The notes under the pieces: generated by a model | The model's input: only the letters and a program-made list of their open reading frames with translations | Told to the model about the DNA's origin: nothing | Database searches by the model: none | Made by a program: the position numbers and the translations under genes | Shown here: piece after piece, positions 17,045-25,224 of the stretch | How positions within the stretch are numbered: the stretch's first letter is position 1 | Layout: the number at the start of each line of letters is the position of its first letter | DNA from: a candidate division WOR-3 bacterium | Lineage (GTDB): Bacteria; Hydrothermota; Tepidihabitantia; SM23-42; CAYGYG01 | Assembly: GCA_965648915.1 (NCBI GenBank) | Contig: CBFGIV010000029.1 | Coordinates: forward strand, 1 to 26,710 | Direction of reading: 5' to 3' | Length of the DNA stretch: 26,710 bases

Positions 17045-19297
17045 TTATTCAATAGTCACATCATAAGGCATTAGATAGAGAAACCGTTCGGATAATAGTC
17101 GGGTGATATCTTGTGCCCCGGCTGGATTATTAATACCAAACCTCTTCTCCGCTCTTGGATAAAAGACAATCTCTACATCTTTTTTAATCCCCGCTTCCTT
17201 CTTGGCCAGTTCAATCGCATCCATAAGCCCGCCATTCTCATCGATCAAACCTAACTCTTTCGCCCTTCGGCCGCTCCAGATTCGCCCCTGCCCAATTGAG
17301 TCAACAAAAGATTTTTCCAATTTTCGCCCCTGAACAATTCGATCCAGAAATTTATCATACCACCATTCTATCTCCTGATGGAAGTGCAGGCTCTCCTCCT
17401 TAGTGAAGTGTCTCAGATCACTGAAAGCATCAATATGTTCACCCCGTTTAATCCAATCATAGGTTATGCCGATTTTCTCATCAAAAAATCTGCGGGTGAT
17501 TATTTTTACTGAGACAACCCCGATCGAACCGGTTATCGTGCTGTTGTCGGCTAAAATCTTTCTTGCCTGACAGGCGATATAGTATCCACCCGAACCAGCC
17601 ACCCCACCCATCGAGACAATGACTGGCTTTTCTTTATCACACCGGCGCACTGCTTCACAGATAATATCTGACGCCAGAGCCGAACCGCCGCCCGAGTTGA
17701 TTCGGAAGACAACCGCCTTTATCGATTTATCCTTTCGAATCTTCTCGAAAATTTTTGCAATTGTTTCCGAACCAATATATTTTCCACCAACAATCGGCAC
17801 CGGATTATAACCACTCTTACCAACAATTATTGCTCCTTCACCGATAACCAGAGCAATCTTTGGCCGCTTCTCGGTCCAGGCCCGACTGACCACCTTCTTA
17901 TCGAGCACCTTATTGACCTCAACGACTTTAACTTTCTGGTCAAAGATCTTTTTCGCAATATCATCGACATCATAAAAGAATGCTGTGGTATCGATCAGCC
18001 GGTTAAGTTTCGCATCCTGAGAGTTCCAGTAGCCCGATCGGTTAATGAGGCTTTCTATCTCGGCGCGAGAGAAACCTCGACCCAGCTCAGCATCATTAAC
18101 GGCCGGTTCATAGACATCATCCAGGATTGCACTCCACTGGATACTATCAGCCTCAGACATATCTTTGCGGCTGAAAGTTTCATGAGCTGATTTAAATCTC
18201 CCGATATAGTCTATCTCGGTCTCCAGCCCCAATTTATCGAGTGTCCCCTTAAGATAGGATTTTCGCGCCCATACCCCAGGCATTACAATCTCACCCAATT
18301 GTGCAAGGATTATATAGTCAGCCAGTGCCACCAAGCGATATTCAACCAGGCTCTTATATTGATGGCTGAAAAAAATAATCTTCTTGCCCGCCTTCTTCAA
18401 TCTGAGTAACTCAGCCAAAAACTCATCATACTGTGCCGAAGAAAGATAGTAATCGTCCAGTTTGATGATGACCCCGCAGACATCATCCCGATTTCTTAGT
18501 TCATTAAGTCTATTCAATAATTTATAAAAGGCCGGTTCATGCCTAATCATAAAACCGATTAAGTTCCCCTGATGTTGATCCTCTTCATAGGAACCACGGA
18601 TATCAATCTTCACCAGTTTCTTTCGACTCGGTATAGATGCCGGATAACTCCGGGTTGAGAGTATAATTCCTCCGCTCTTCATCCTGTTATCTCCATCAAA
18701 ACCCAACTTCAACCTGGCCAGAGATAATTCCACGCCAAATTTTACATCCAGATTGAGATCGGTCTGACCGCTTATAATCAGGCCGGGTAAAAACTCAATC
18801 CCACCACCAAAGCGCCAGTGCAATGAATCACTCTGGACAATACCATCGACAAAAATAGTAATCCGGTCAGTTAATGGTCTCAGGGCAATACCGGGCCGAA
18901 ACTGGAGGGGCGAAGAAAAGTCAGTATTCAAACCAAAAGAAATAAACCTCGATGGTCTCAAAAGAGCGCCAACACGGTGGTGAAAATTATCGTTAAGGTT
19001 ATATGCATAACCCAGCAAGAGCACCTTTCTGATTACCGGGAATCCAATCCCGATTTGATAATTGGTTGTATCTCCCCATCGATCTATACCGAAGCCTATA
19101 TTACCGGCCAGGAGATTTATTCGATGTTGATACCAGTCTTCACTCCTTTTGATATTATAAAACAACTCAATACCGGGATTCAACCCCAGACCGGCTGGGT
19201 TGACAAAGATGGCCTGAGAACGGCGGGCCGTAGCAACTGAGTAACTATCAAAAAAAGTATTAAAGATAGAAATGATACTGATTAAAGTCTGAAACAT
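17045..19297 (-). CDS. sppA: Signal peptide peptidase SppA (S49) with an extra N-terminal beta-rich domain
   Basis: Two S49 halves: GRFKSAHE (Lys), RINSGGGSA, SMGGVAGSGGYY (Ser), TGSIGV and GRIWSG. SD AAGGAG precedes ATG 19297. Confidence 0.9.
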   Translation of the reverse strand: MFQTLISIISIFNTFFDSYSVATARRSQAIFVNPAGLGLNPGIELFYNIKRSEDWYQHRINLLAGNIGFGIDRWGDTTNYQIGIGFPVIRKVLLLGYAYNLNDNFHHRVGALLRPSRFISFGLNTDFSSPLQFRPGIALRPLTDRITIFVDGIVQSDSLHWRFGGGIEFLPGLIISGQTDLNLDVKFGVELSLARLKLGFDGDNRMKSGGIILSTRSYPASIPSRKKLVKIDIRGSYEEDQHQGNLIGFMIRHEPAFYKLLNRLNELRNRDDVCGVIIKLDDYYLSSAQYDEFLAELLRLKKAGKKIIFFSHQYKSLVEYRLVALADYIILAQLGEIVMPGVWARKSYLKGTLDKLGLETEIDYIGRFKSAHETFSRKDMSEADSIQWSAILDDVYEPAVNDAELGRGFSRAEIESLINRSGYWNSQDAKLNRLIDTTAFFYDVDDIAKKIFDQKVKVVEVNKVLDKKVVSRAWTEKRPKIALVIGEGAIIVGKSGYNPVPIVGGKYIGSETIAKIFEKIRKDKSIKAVVFRINSGGGSALASDIICEAVRRCDKEKPVIVSMGGVAGSGGYYIACQARKILADNSTITGSIGVVSVKIITRRFFDEKIGITYDWIKRGEHIDAFSDLRHFTKEESLHFHQEIEWWYDKFLDRIVQGRKLEKSFVDSIGQGRIWSGRRAKELGLIDENGGLMDAIELAKKEAGIKKDVEIVFYPRAEKRFGINNPAGAQDITRLLSERFLYLMPYDVTIE

Positions 19298-19312
19298 TCT
19301 ATCTCCTTTTTT

Positions 19313-19340
19313 ATTATATAACAATCAACTTAAAATGCAA
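19313..19340 (-). promoter_or_regulatory. Possible internal promoter for sppA
   Basis: TTGCAT (19340-19335), N16, TATAAT (19318-19313). Confidence 0.45.
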
Positions 19341-19943
19341 CATAGAAATAATCATCCGCAAACCAAAATAGATTATAATTATACCTAAAATTAACAAAAG
19401 GATTCGATAGATTCGCATCTGTACCTGACCTAAAGCCGAGACCGATGCAACTGAGATCAACCACGCATAATCAAGCCAAACATGGGCAAAATAGAATATG
19501 AAAATACCAAAAAAACCGGCTAACCGTACTGCTTCAGATATCAGTGGTGCACCAATACCGATCCACCAGGCGATAAAATAAGGATTAAATGCAGATAAGA
19601 CAATGCCGGTCAAAAATGGCACCGGGATTCGGCCTGTTCTTTTATTTACGATCTTTTGAACCTTTAAGGCATCACGGAACGTCATCAGTCCAAAAAAAAT
19701 GAGAAAGAGACCGCCGATCAAACTCAGGATGTAATTGGTCAGAGGTTTCTGTAAAAATACCAATACACCGGCGGATATGACCAGAACAAGAGGCAACTCG
19801 ACTATGGTGTGGCCCAGGCTGACCTCCAATCCCGCCCGCCATCCGCTTCTTAATCCATAAGATGCAGTTGCGGCAGTAAGTGGTCCAGGCGCCAGGGCAC
19901 CGGAGATGCTGATGATTATAGTCTTAACAAGAAAAGAAAACAT
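19314..19943 (-). CDS. LysE family translocator
   Basis: SGALAPGPL, GH..VE and NPYFIAWW; about six TM segments. Confidence 0.9.
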   Translation of the reverse strand: MFSFLVKTIIISISGALAPGPLTAATASYGLRSGWRAGLEVSLGHTIVELPLVLVISAGVLVFLQKPLTNYILSLIGGLFLIFFGLMTFRDALKVQKIVNKRTGRIPVPFLTGIVLSAFNPYFIAWWIGIGAPLISEAVRLAGFFGIFIFYFAHVWLDYAWLISVASVSALGQVQMRIYRILLLILGIIIIYFGLRMIISMLHFKLIVI

Positions 19944-19985
19944 GTGTCAAAGAGCCGTCGTTTAGCAGGCAAAGAGAGGCGGTAA

Positions 19986-20636
19986 TCACTGTTTTTTCAT
20001 ATTTAGGGTCTTGATAATCTCACCGGTATAATTTATCTGTTTCTCAGTCAGGGCGGTTAATAATTCAGGATTTTCTGACAATTTAGCAATCGCCGTAAGA
20101 TTCAAATGCCCGTGGGCATGCTGGCTTATAAACTCAAGATTATCGATCTCCGGTATATCGGCATCTTGCAGAACGCCCGTGACTGTGTGAAACTGGGAGG
20201 TCATTACCGTAATTATCTTATGATCATCGACAAATATCTCTTCATGCCTCTTTGTGTCATACCACGCAAAACCAAAAGCTACCTGTCCATCATTAACCAG
20301 TTGAAACATATAGTTTTTAAAGACCGAGACGATGATACTGAGATCAAGAAATGGACTGAGATAAGTCTCAAGCACATTCTCATTATTCTCTCCAAGTGAG
20401 TAATATTCGATAATTCCATAGGCCGTATCGGAAAAACAGACCCGGGTCAGAGTTAAGAGAAGTTCGGGCAGGCGGTCGGCTGAGCAATTTATCGCAAATT
20501 GGGATGTGAACGCCTGATTGGTAACGGAAAATTTCCTGTATCCTTCCTGCGGTTGGAAGATATTGCCCGATTCGTCTTTCATGATGAATAAACCTAAGGG
20601 TAGTATAAAATTTCGTGGCTGGTTTGAATCTGCCAT
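19986..20636 (-). CDS. Hypothetical protein
   Basis: 216-aa ORF filling the gap; TATAAT lies 6 nt upstream of the ATG; no recognised family. Confidence 0.75.
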   Translation of the reverse strand: MADSNQPRNFILPLGLFIMKDESGNIFQPQEGYRKFSVTNQAFTSQFAINCSADRLPELLLTLTRVCFSDTAYGIIEYYSLGENNENVLETYLSPFLDLSIIVSVFKNYMFQLVNDGQVAFGFAWYDTKRHEEIFVDDHKIITVMTSQFHTVTGVLQDADIPEIDNLEFISQHAHGHLNLTAIAKLSENPELLTALTEKQINYTGEIIKTLNMKKQ

Positions 20637-20679
20637 AAACCTATTATAAAATTGTAAAATTAATCCAATCTATTTCACA

Positions 20680-21039
20680 TTAAAAGCAATCGATGGAAAA
20701 TATTATCGGTGTATTTGGATTTACGGTGCTCTGCTCAAGCCGCTTATCGTCTTCAATAAAGAGCTGGAAAAGAAGTGTATCGATCACATCCTTACTTTCT
20801 TTATAAATTGCTCCCTTAACCAGACCACCAGACCGCACATTGAATTTATATTCATAAGGGGTTGCTCCCGAAATCACAACACTGTCTCCTTTTTCCATAT
20901 TCATATAATAACCTCTGTAAGAAACCGCTTTATTCTGAGGATTTGATAACTTTAAAGTTATATCCAGTTCGTTTTTCGAACAGCCGACCAGGTTAATCTC
21001 TAAGAGAGAAATCATGCATAAAATCATCAGCCATTTCAT
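20680..21039 (-). CDS. Hypothetical lipoprotein
   Basis: Signal peptide ending in lipobox LVGC; SD AAGGAG. Confidence 0.8.
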   Translation of the reverse strand: MKWLMILCMISLLEINLVGCSKNELDITLKLSNPQNKAVSYRGYYMNMEKGDSVVISGATPYEYKFNVRSGGLVKGAIYKESKDVIDTLLFQLFIEDDKRLEQSTVNPNTPIIFSIDCF

Positions 21040-21074
21040 AAGATGCTCCTTTCGTTAAAAATTTAGTTCAATAA

Positions 21075-22922
21075 CTATCTTATTATAACAAACCTATACC
21101 TTCGACTACCGATAAATATACTATAGATACCCGGTCCTGATGGACGATAATTTATTCTTTTACCAAATGTTTCGAAATTTTTACGTCCAGCAATATCAAA
21201 AACTCTCACCCATGCCGGTTCGGATAAATTGATATCAATAATCCGGCCGACTGTTGGCATCTGGATGGTATTAAAACCATTACTCGCTATCTCACTGATT
21301 GCAGTAATGGTATTGCGTTGCAGTATCCAGTTATAGGGGTCAACAACAATTGAAACTGGCTCTTTCGAGAGTATTCGCTCATAATGCTGGGGCGATTGGT
21401 TGATCGCTACCGTGATCAGGGTATCACCCGAGGAAAAATTCACTCCAATGGGCAGGGGCATATGAAAAACCGGTGGACCAATCGTCTGGGTCTGATATAT
21501 ATCCATTACCAATCGCCAGTTTGGTGGTTCAGAAACTTTGCGCCAGACTACATTATAGATCGGGTAACCCATATTATATACCCATTCCTGAAAGAACCAG
21601 TCATAGTTATTGTTCAAAACTCTGTTCATAATCCGATTCAGGTCAGCAGTCCGGGCATTCTGATAGGCAAAAGAGTCGCGATAAGTCTTCATAAGATTGA
21701 GCCATGTTTGATCATTACCGCAGAGATATCTGATCATATGGAGCACCCAGGAACCTTTACAATAAGAATGGCTCCATTCAAATATCCTATCTGGTGGTGG
21801 ATCATAGATGGGATGGGGATAGCGGGCCTCGCCCTGGAAATAGGCACTGCGACGGGAGTTCATCAGGGTGATAAATGCATTATGGCCTTCACGTTTCTCT
21901 TTATACAATGCATCACAATAGGTTGCAAAGCCTTCATTGAGCCAGACATTCTCCCAGCCATAGCAGGTCACCATATCGCCCCACCACATATGGGACATCT
22001 CATGGGCGATACCATAAATCTCGTTATTAATAATCCAGCCCCTCATAATCGTCGCCATGGTCTGATGCTCCATGCCACCATAATAGAAGGGATCGACGAC
22101 ATCCATCCCGTAACGCTCAAAAGGGTAAGCCCCAAAGAGTGAATCGTAAAATTTCATCATATCGGTCACCAGAGCAAAGGCATTGCGCGCATATAGCGAA
22201 TCCTGAGGCCAGAAATAGTATTTTATCTCGATACTCTCAGTGGGTACGGGTCGATACCAGTCTGAATAGGTCATAAAGATACTCGAAGCAAAATGGATCA
22301 AATAAGGTGAGATGGGATAGTTGTGTTTCCAGTGGTAGGTTGCTTTACCCTGAGAGACGGTCCGGCCTAAATAACGGCCGGTTGCACAGACGGTAAAAGA
22401 CTCTGGGACAGTTATGTAAAATTCTACGCCGTAATCGGCTTTGTCTGCAAGCCGGTCCCAGCAGGGCAACCATTCCCGGGTGGAGAAAGGGCAGCCCAGT
22501 GTATAGGAGACATTGGGATTGCCACGGAAGAATACATATCCCATAAGGCCAGAACCGCAGCCACTGTAGCCCACCATTATTGAAAAGGAATCATTCTGGT
22601 TTTGAGGATTCGGGAGATTAATAAACAGGGTATCATTACGATGGAGATATGTTGCCGAAAGCCCGTTGACCTTTACTGAATCGACATGCATTGTTAACAG
22701 ATGGAGATCAACAACCCTTAAATTGTTTACATTGCTTCGACAGGCAATTGTCACTGAACCACTCAGATAACTGGTATCCATCGGCAGATCGAGTCTGATT
22801 AGATAATGAAGGACATTATAGGAATGGGCCGTTTCACCAGATACCGGAATGGGTTTATAGAAGTCTTTCCGCTCTAAGTCTGAAAAATTTTTAGTAACTA
22901 ATAACAATAAGATGGGCAACAT
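21075..22922 (-). CDS. M1 family zinc aminopeptidase with a T9SS-like C-terminal domain
   Basis: GGMEH exopeptidase motif, HEMSH..W.G...WLNEGFATY zinc site, Y.KG and C-terminal VFDIAGR...GIY...RFVIIR. SD GGAGGT. Confidence 0.92.
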   Translation of the reverse strand: MLPILLLLVTKNFSDLERKDFYKPIPVSGETAHSYNVLHYLIRLDLPMDTSYLSGSVTIACRSNVNNLRVVDLHLLTMHVDSVKVNGLSATYLHRNDTLFINLPNPQNQNDSFSIMVGYSGCGSGLMGYVFFRGNPNVSYTLGCPFSTREWLPCWDRLADKADYGVEFYITVPESFTVCATGRYLGRTVSQGKATYHWKHNYPISPYLIHFASSIFMTYSDWYRPVPTESIEIKYYFWPQDSLYARNAFALVTDMMKFYDSLFGAYPFERYGMDVVDPFYYGGMEHQTMATIMRGWIINNEIYGIAHEMSHMWWGDMVTCYGWENVWLNEGFATYCDALYKEKREGHNAFITLMNSRRSAYFQGEARYPHPIYDPPPDRIFEWSHSYCKGSWVLHMIRYLCGNDQTWLNLMKTYRDSFAYQNARTADLNRIMNRVLNNNYDWFFQEWVYNMGYPIYNVVWRKVSEPPNWRLVMDIYQTQTIGPPVFHMPLPIGVNFSSGDTLITVAINQSPQHYERILSKEPVSIVVDPYNWILQRNTITAISEIASNGFNTIQMPTVGRIIDINLSEPAWVRVFDIAGRKNFETFGKRINYRPSGPGIYSIFIGSRRYRFVIIR

Positions 22923-22937
22923 TGGACCTCCTGAAGA

Positions 22938-22965
22938 AGTATACTTAAATCTTAAATTATGTCAA
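22938..22965 (-). promoter_or_regulatory. sigma70-type promoter for the M1 peptidase gene
   Basis: TTGACA (22965-22960), N16, TATACT (22943-22938). Confidence 0.7.
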
Positions 22966-22993
22966 TTAAAGAATAAAGTTTTGAAAAAACTAT

Positions 22994-23020
22994 TTGACTT
23001 TGCCTGTTTATGACTATAAT
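22994..23020 (+). promoter_or_regulatory. Possible promoter for the small membrane protein gene
   Basis: TTGACT (22994-22999), N15, TATAAT (23015-23020). Confidence 0.5.
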
Positions 23021-23060
23021 TACATATCTTGCTCCGTGAATTGCGGGCAAAGGAGTTCTG

Positions 23061-23408
23061 ATGTTAAATATCAAAAGGCTGATCATCGCAACCTTCTTTG
23101 GAATTGTCTTCGGATTTGTCTGCTGGATCCTATCATCATCTGGTGGGCCCCAGCCCTGGTATAACACATTAGCAATCATCCTCGGCCGGACCCTGATTGG
23201 TTTCGGAATCGGTATAAGTGCCTTAAAAATAAAATGGTGGCTTCACGGTATTATAATCGGTTTTCTCTTCAGCCTCCCCCCTGCATTTTATGCTTTCTAT
23301 GTTCCCGGTCGAGAGATATTTATCTTCCTCGGAACGATAATAATGGGTGTTATCTACGGGTTTCTTATTGAACTTTTAACGACCCTGGTCTTTAAGGCAG
23401 GGAATTAA
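23061..23408 (+). CDS. Small hypothetical membrane protein (about 4 TM)
   Basis: Hydrophobic 115-aa ORF with SD AAGGAG; its stop directly abuts the convergent purF-like stop. Confidence 0.8.
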   Translation: MLNIKRLIIATFFGIVFGFVCWILSSSGGPQPWYNTLAIILGRTLIGFGIGISALKIKWWLHGIIIGFLFSLPPAFYAFYVPGREIFIFLGTIIMGVIYGFLIELLTTLVFKAGN

Positions 23409-24818
23409 TCAAAACTCCTTTCCGGTCCAGCAGTAAGTGCAGAGGCTTTCCGCAGGTAGACCGGTTGCAGCAATCATATCCTCAAGGCGCTGATATTTTA
23501 AGGATGTCACATTAAGGTCTTTTTCGGCACAGCGAATCATCTTCTTATACTTTTTGGTCTCGGGATCAAGATAATCGGTAACATTCTTTAAGTGCCGGCC
23601 GAACATCTGTTTAAGGATGCGCCGCGCAAACAGTTCATCAATTGTTCGCGTCGAAAAGAGGAATTTACAGGGAAACATCAGCGCCGGGCAGGCCGGTCGG
23701 AGATGAATCTCTTTTGCCTTTGCTTCCCATAATTTGACCAGCAGGTAATTTTTTAACTGAGTCCCGCGCACAATTGAATCTTCAGTTATTAGAATTCTCT
23801 GCCCCTTGATGATCTCGTCAGCGGTTATCTGTTTCATCAGGGCAATAAGATTTCTCGCCTCCTGGGATGGTGGGACATAACTCCGTGCCCAGCCCGGAGT
23901 GTATTTAAGGAGCGGGATCTTTATCGGAAAACCCGATTGCTGTGAATAACCATGGGCATAGGCAATACCCGAGTCAGCAATACCAGCAACGAAATCGATG
24001 GTTACACTATCGCGTCGGGCCATTATCCGGCCAGATTCTTCACGAAATGCCTCGACATTCCTCCCTTCGTATTCCGATGCCGGGAAACCGGTATAGACAA
24101 ATAAGAATGCACAGAGATGAAGCAACTTGCTGTTGGGCCGGCATAACTGAATAATCTTGTTCTCTTTCAGAAGGACGATTTCACCCGGACCTAAAAATCT
24201 CACAAACTTAAAACCTAAATTTTTATAAGCACAGGTCTCGGATACAACCATCGTCGTTTTAGCCTTCTGGGCCAGGGCCAGAGGTGTCCGGCCAAAACGA
24301 TCCCGGGCAACATATATCCCTTCCTTGCCTAAAAGGCAGATCGACATCGAACCATCGATCTGATTTTGCATATAGATAATGCCATCTTCGATTGTCCGGG
24401 CACTATTTATTAATTTTGCAATCAGTTCGATCTGATTGACCATCTTGACACCGGCCATTTCTGAGAAGATATCGCCCCGGGCAACTAATTTTGAGGCAAG
24501 TCTATCCTGATTATCGATATAACCGACGCCACAGATTGCATATTCACCAAATTTCAACCGCATGGTCAATGGCTGGGTATCACGGTCGCTGATCACCCCT
24601 ATGCCCATATGGCCTTTCATATTAATAAAATCGATATCCTCAATAAATCGTGACTTGAATTGCGCCCGGGCAATACTGTGGATCTTCTTTTCTATCCTTG
24701 AACCATCAGATATCGCAATCCCGCCATAAGCAGTCCCGAGATGGGAGTGATAATCAGTGGCGTAAAAAAGGTCTTCTTTACAATCGTTTTTTGAGACAAC
24801 CGCAACAATTCCACTCAT
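23409..24818 (-). CDS. purF: Amidophosphoribosyltransferase (PurF) homolog with N-terminal Ser in place of Cys
   Basis: Ntn glutaminase-type domain (QPL, ARDRFGRTPL) plus a PRTase domain (EDSIVRGT). Fe-S-type cysteines LCAF, PC and LCTYCWTG. Confidence 0.88.
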   Translation of the reverse strand: MSGIVAVVSKNDCKEDLFYATDYHSHLGTAYGGIAISDGSRIEKKIHSIARAQFKSRFIEDIDFINMKGHMGIGVISDRDTQPLTMRLKFGEYAICGVGYIDNQDRLASKLVARGDIFSEMAGVKMVNQIELIAKLINSARTIEDGIIYMQNQIDGSMSICLLGKEGIYVARDRFGRTPLALAQKAKTTMVVSETCAYKNLGFKFVRFLGPGEIVLLKENKIIQLCRPNSKLLHLCAFLFVYTGFPASEYEGRNVEAFREESGRIMARRDSVTIDFVAGIADSGIAYAHGYSQQSGFPIKIPLLKYTPGWARSYVPPSQEARNLIALMKQITADEIIKGQRILITEDSIVRGTQLKNYLLVKLWEAKAKEIHLRPACPALMFPCKFLFSTRTIDELFARRILKQMFGRHLKNVTDYLDPETKKYKKMIRCAEKDLNVTSLKYQRLEDMIAATGLPAESLCTYCWTGKEF

Positions 24819-24884
24819 CGATAACCACCTTTCCGGATAAAAAATAATTGTCCTAAAGACCGGGAAATTACAGATCGACTTTTT

Positions 24885-24950
24885 ATATTACCTGAAATTG
24901 CACAATTGTCAAGAATTGGATATTGACGGGAGAGAAATCCTGGATATACT
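24885..24950. promoter_or_regulatory. Divergent sigma70-type promoters (purF / SAM riboswitch leader)
   Basis: Minus: TTGACA (24912-24907), N16, TAATAT (24890-24885). Plus: TTGACG (24923-24928), N16, TATACT (24945-24950). Confidence 0.7.
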
Positions 24951-24990
24951 TAGTCTGTATTTTAAATTGCTCTTTGATAATATTCTTCCA

Positions 24991-25085
24991 CTTCATCCAG
25001 AGAGGTTGAGGGACCAGGCCCGATGACACCTCGGCAACCCGCCCGGGGCGGGTGCCAACTCCTGCCCGAAGAGGGAAAGATGAAG
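24991..25085 (+). ncRNA. SAM-I (S-box) riboswitch aptamer
   Basis: P1 CTTCATC/GATGAAG; consensus ATCCAGAGAGG..GAGGGA..GGCCCGATGA.ACCTCGGCAACC...GGTGCCAACTCC...GAAAGATG; lies upstream of a homocysteine biosynthesis gene. Confidence 0.95.
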
Positions 25086-25096
25086 AGGTAGTTTTT

Positions 25097-25121
25097 AACC
25101 TTCCCTTCGGGAAGGTTTTTT
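25097..25121 (+). terminator. Riboswitch-controlled intrinsic terminator
   Basis: AACCTTCCC-TTC-GGGAAGGTT followed by a T run, 11 nt after P1. Confidence 0.85.
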
Positions 25122-25224
25122 CATTTATATTGGTTAATAAAGTTCGGGTGCATATGCGCCAAAAGGTCTAAAATTTCATCTTTGAGTCAATTATTGACCA
25201 CGCATGATTATTAAAAGGAGGTCT

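Noticed and set aside
21384..22142. 252-aa plus-strand ORF
   Set aside because: It is an antisense shadow of the well-supported M1 peptidase.
22952..23179. 75-aa minus-strand ORF
   Set aside because: It overlaps the better-supported plus-strand membrane protein and the divergent promoter region.
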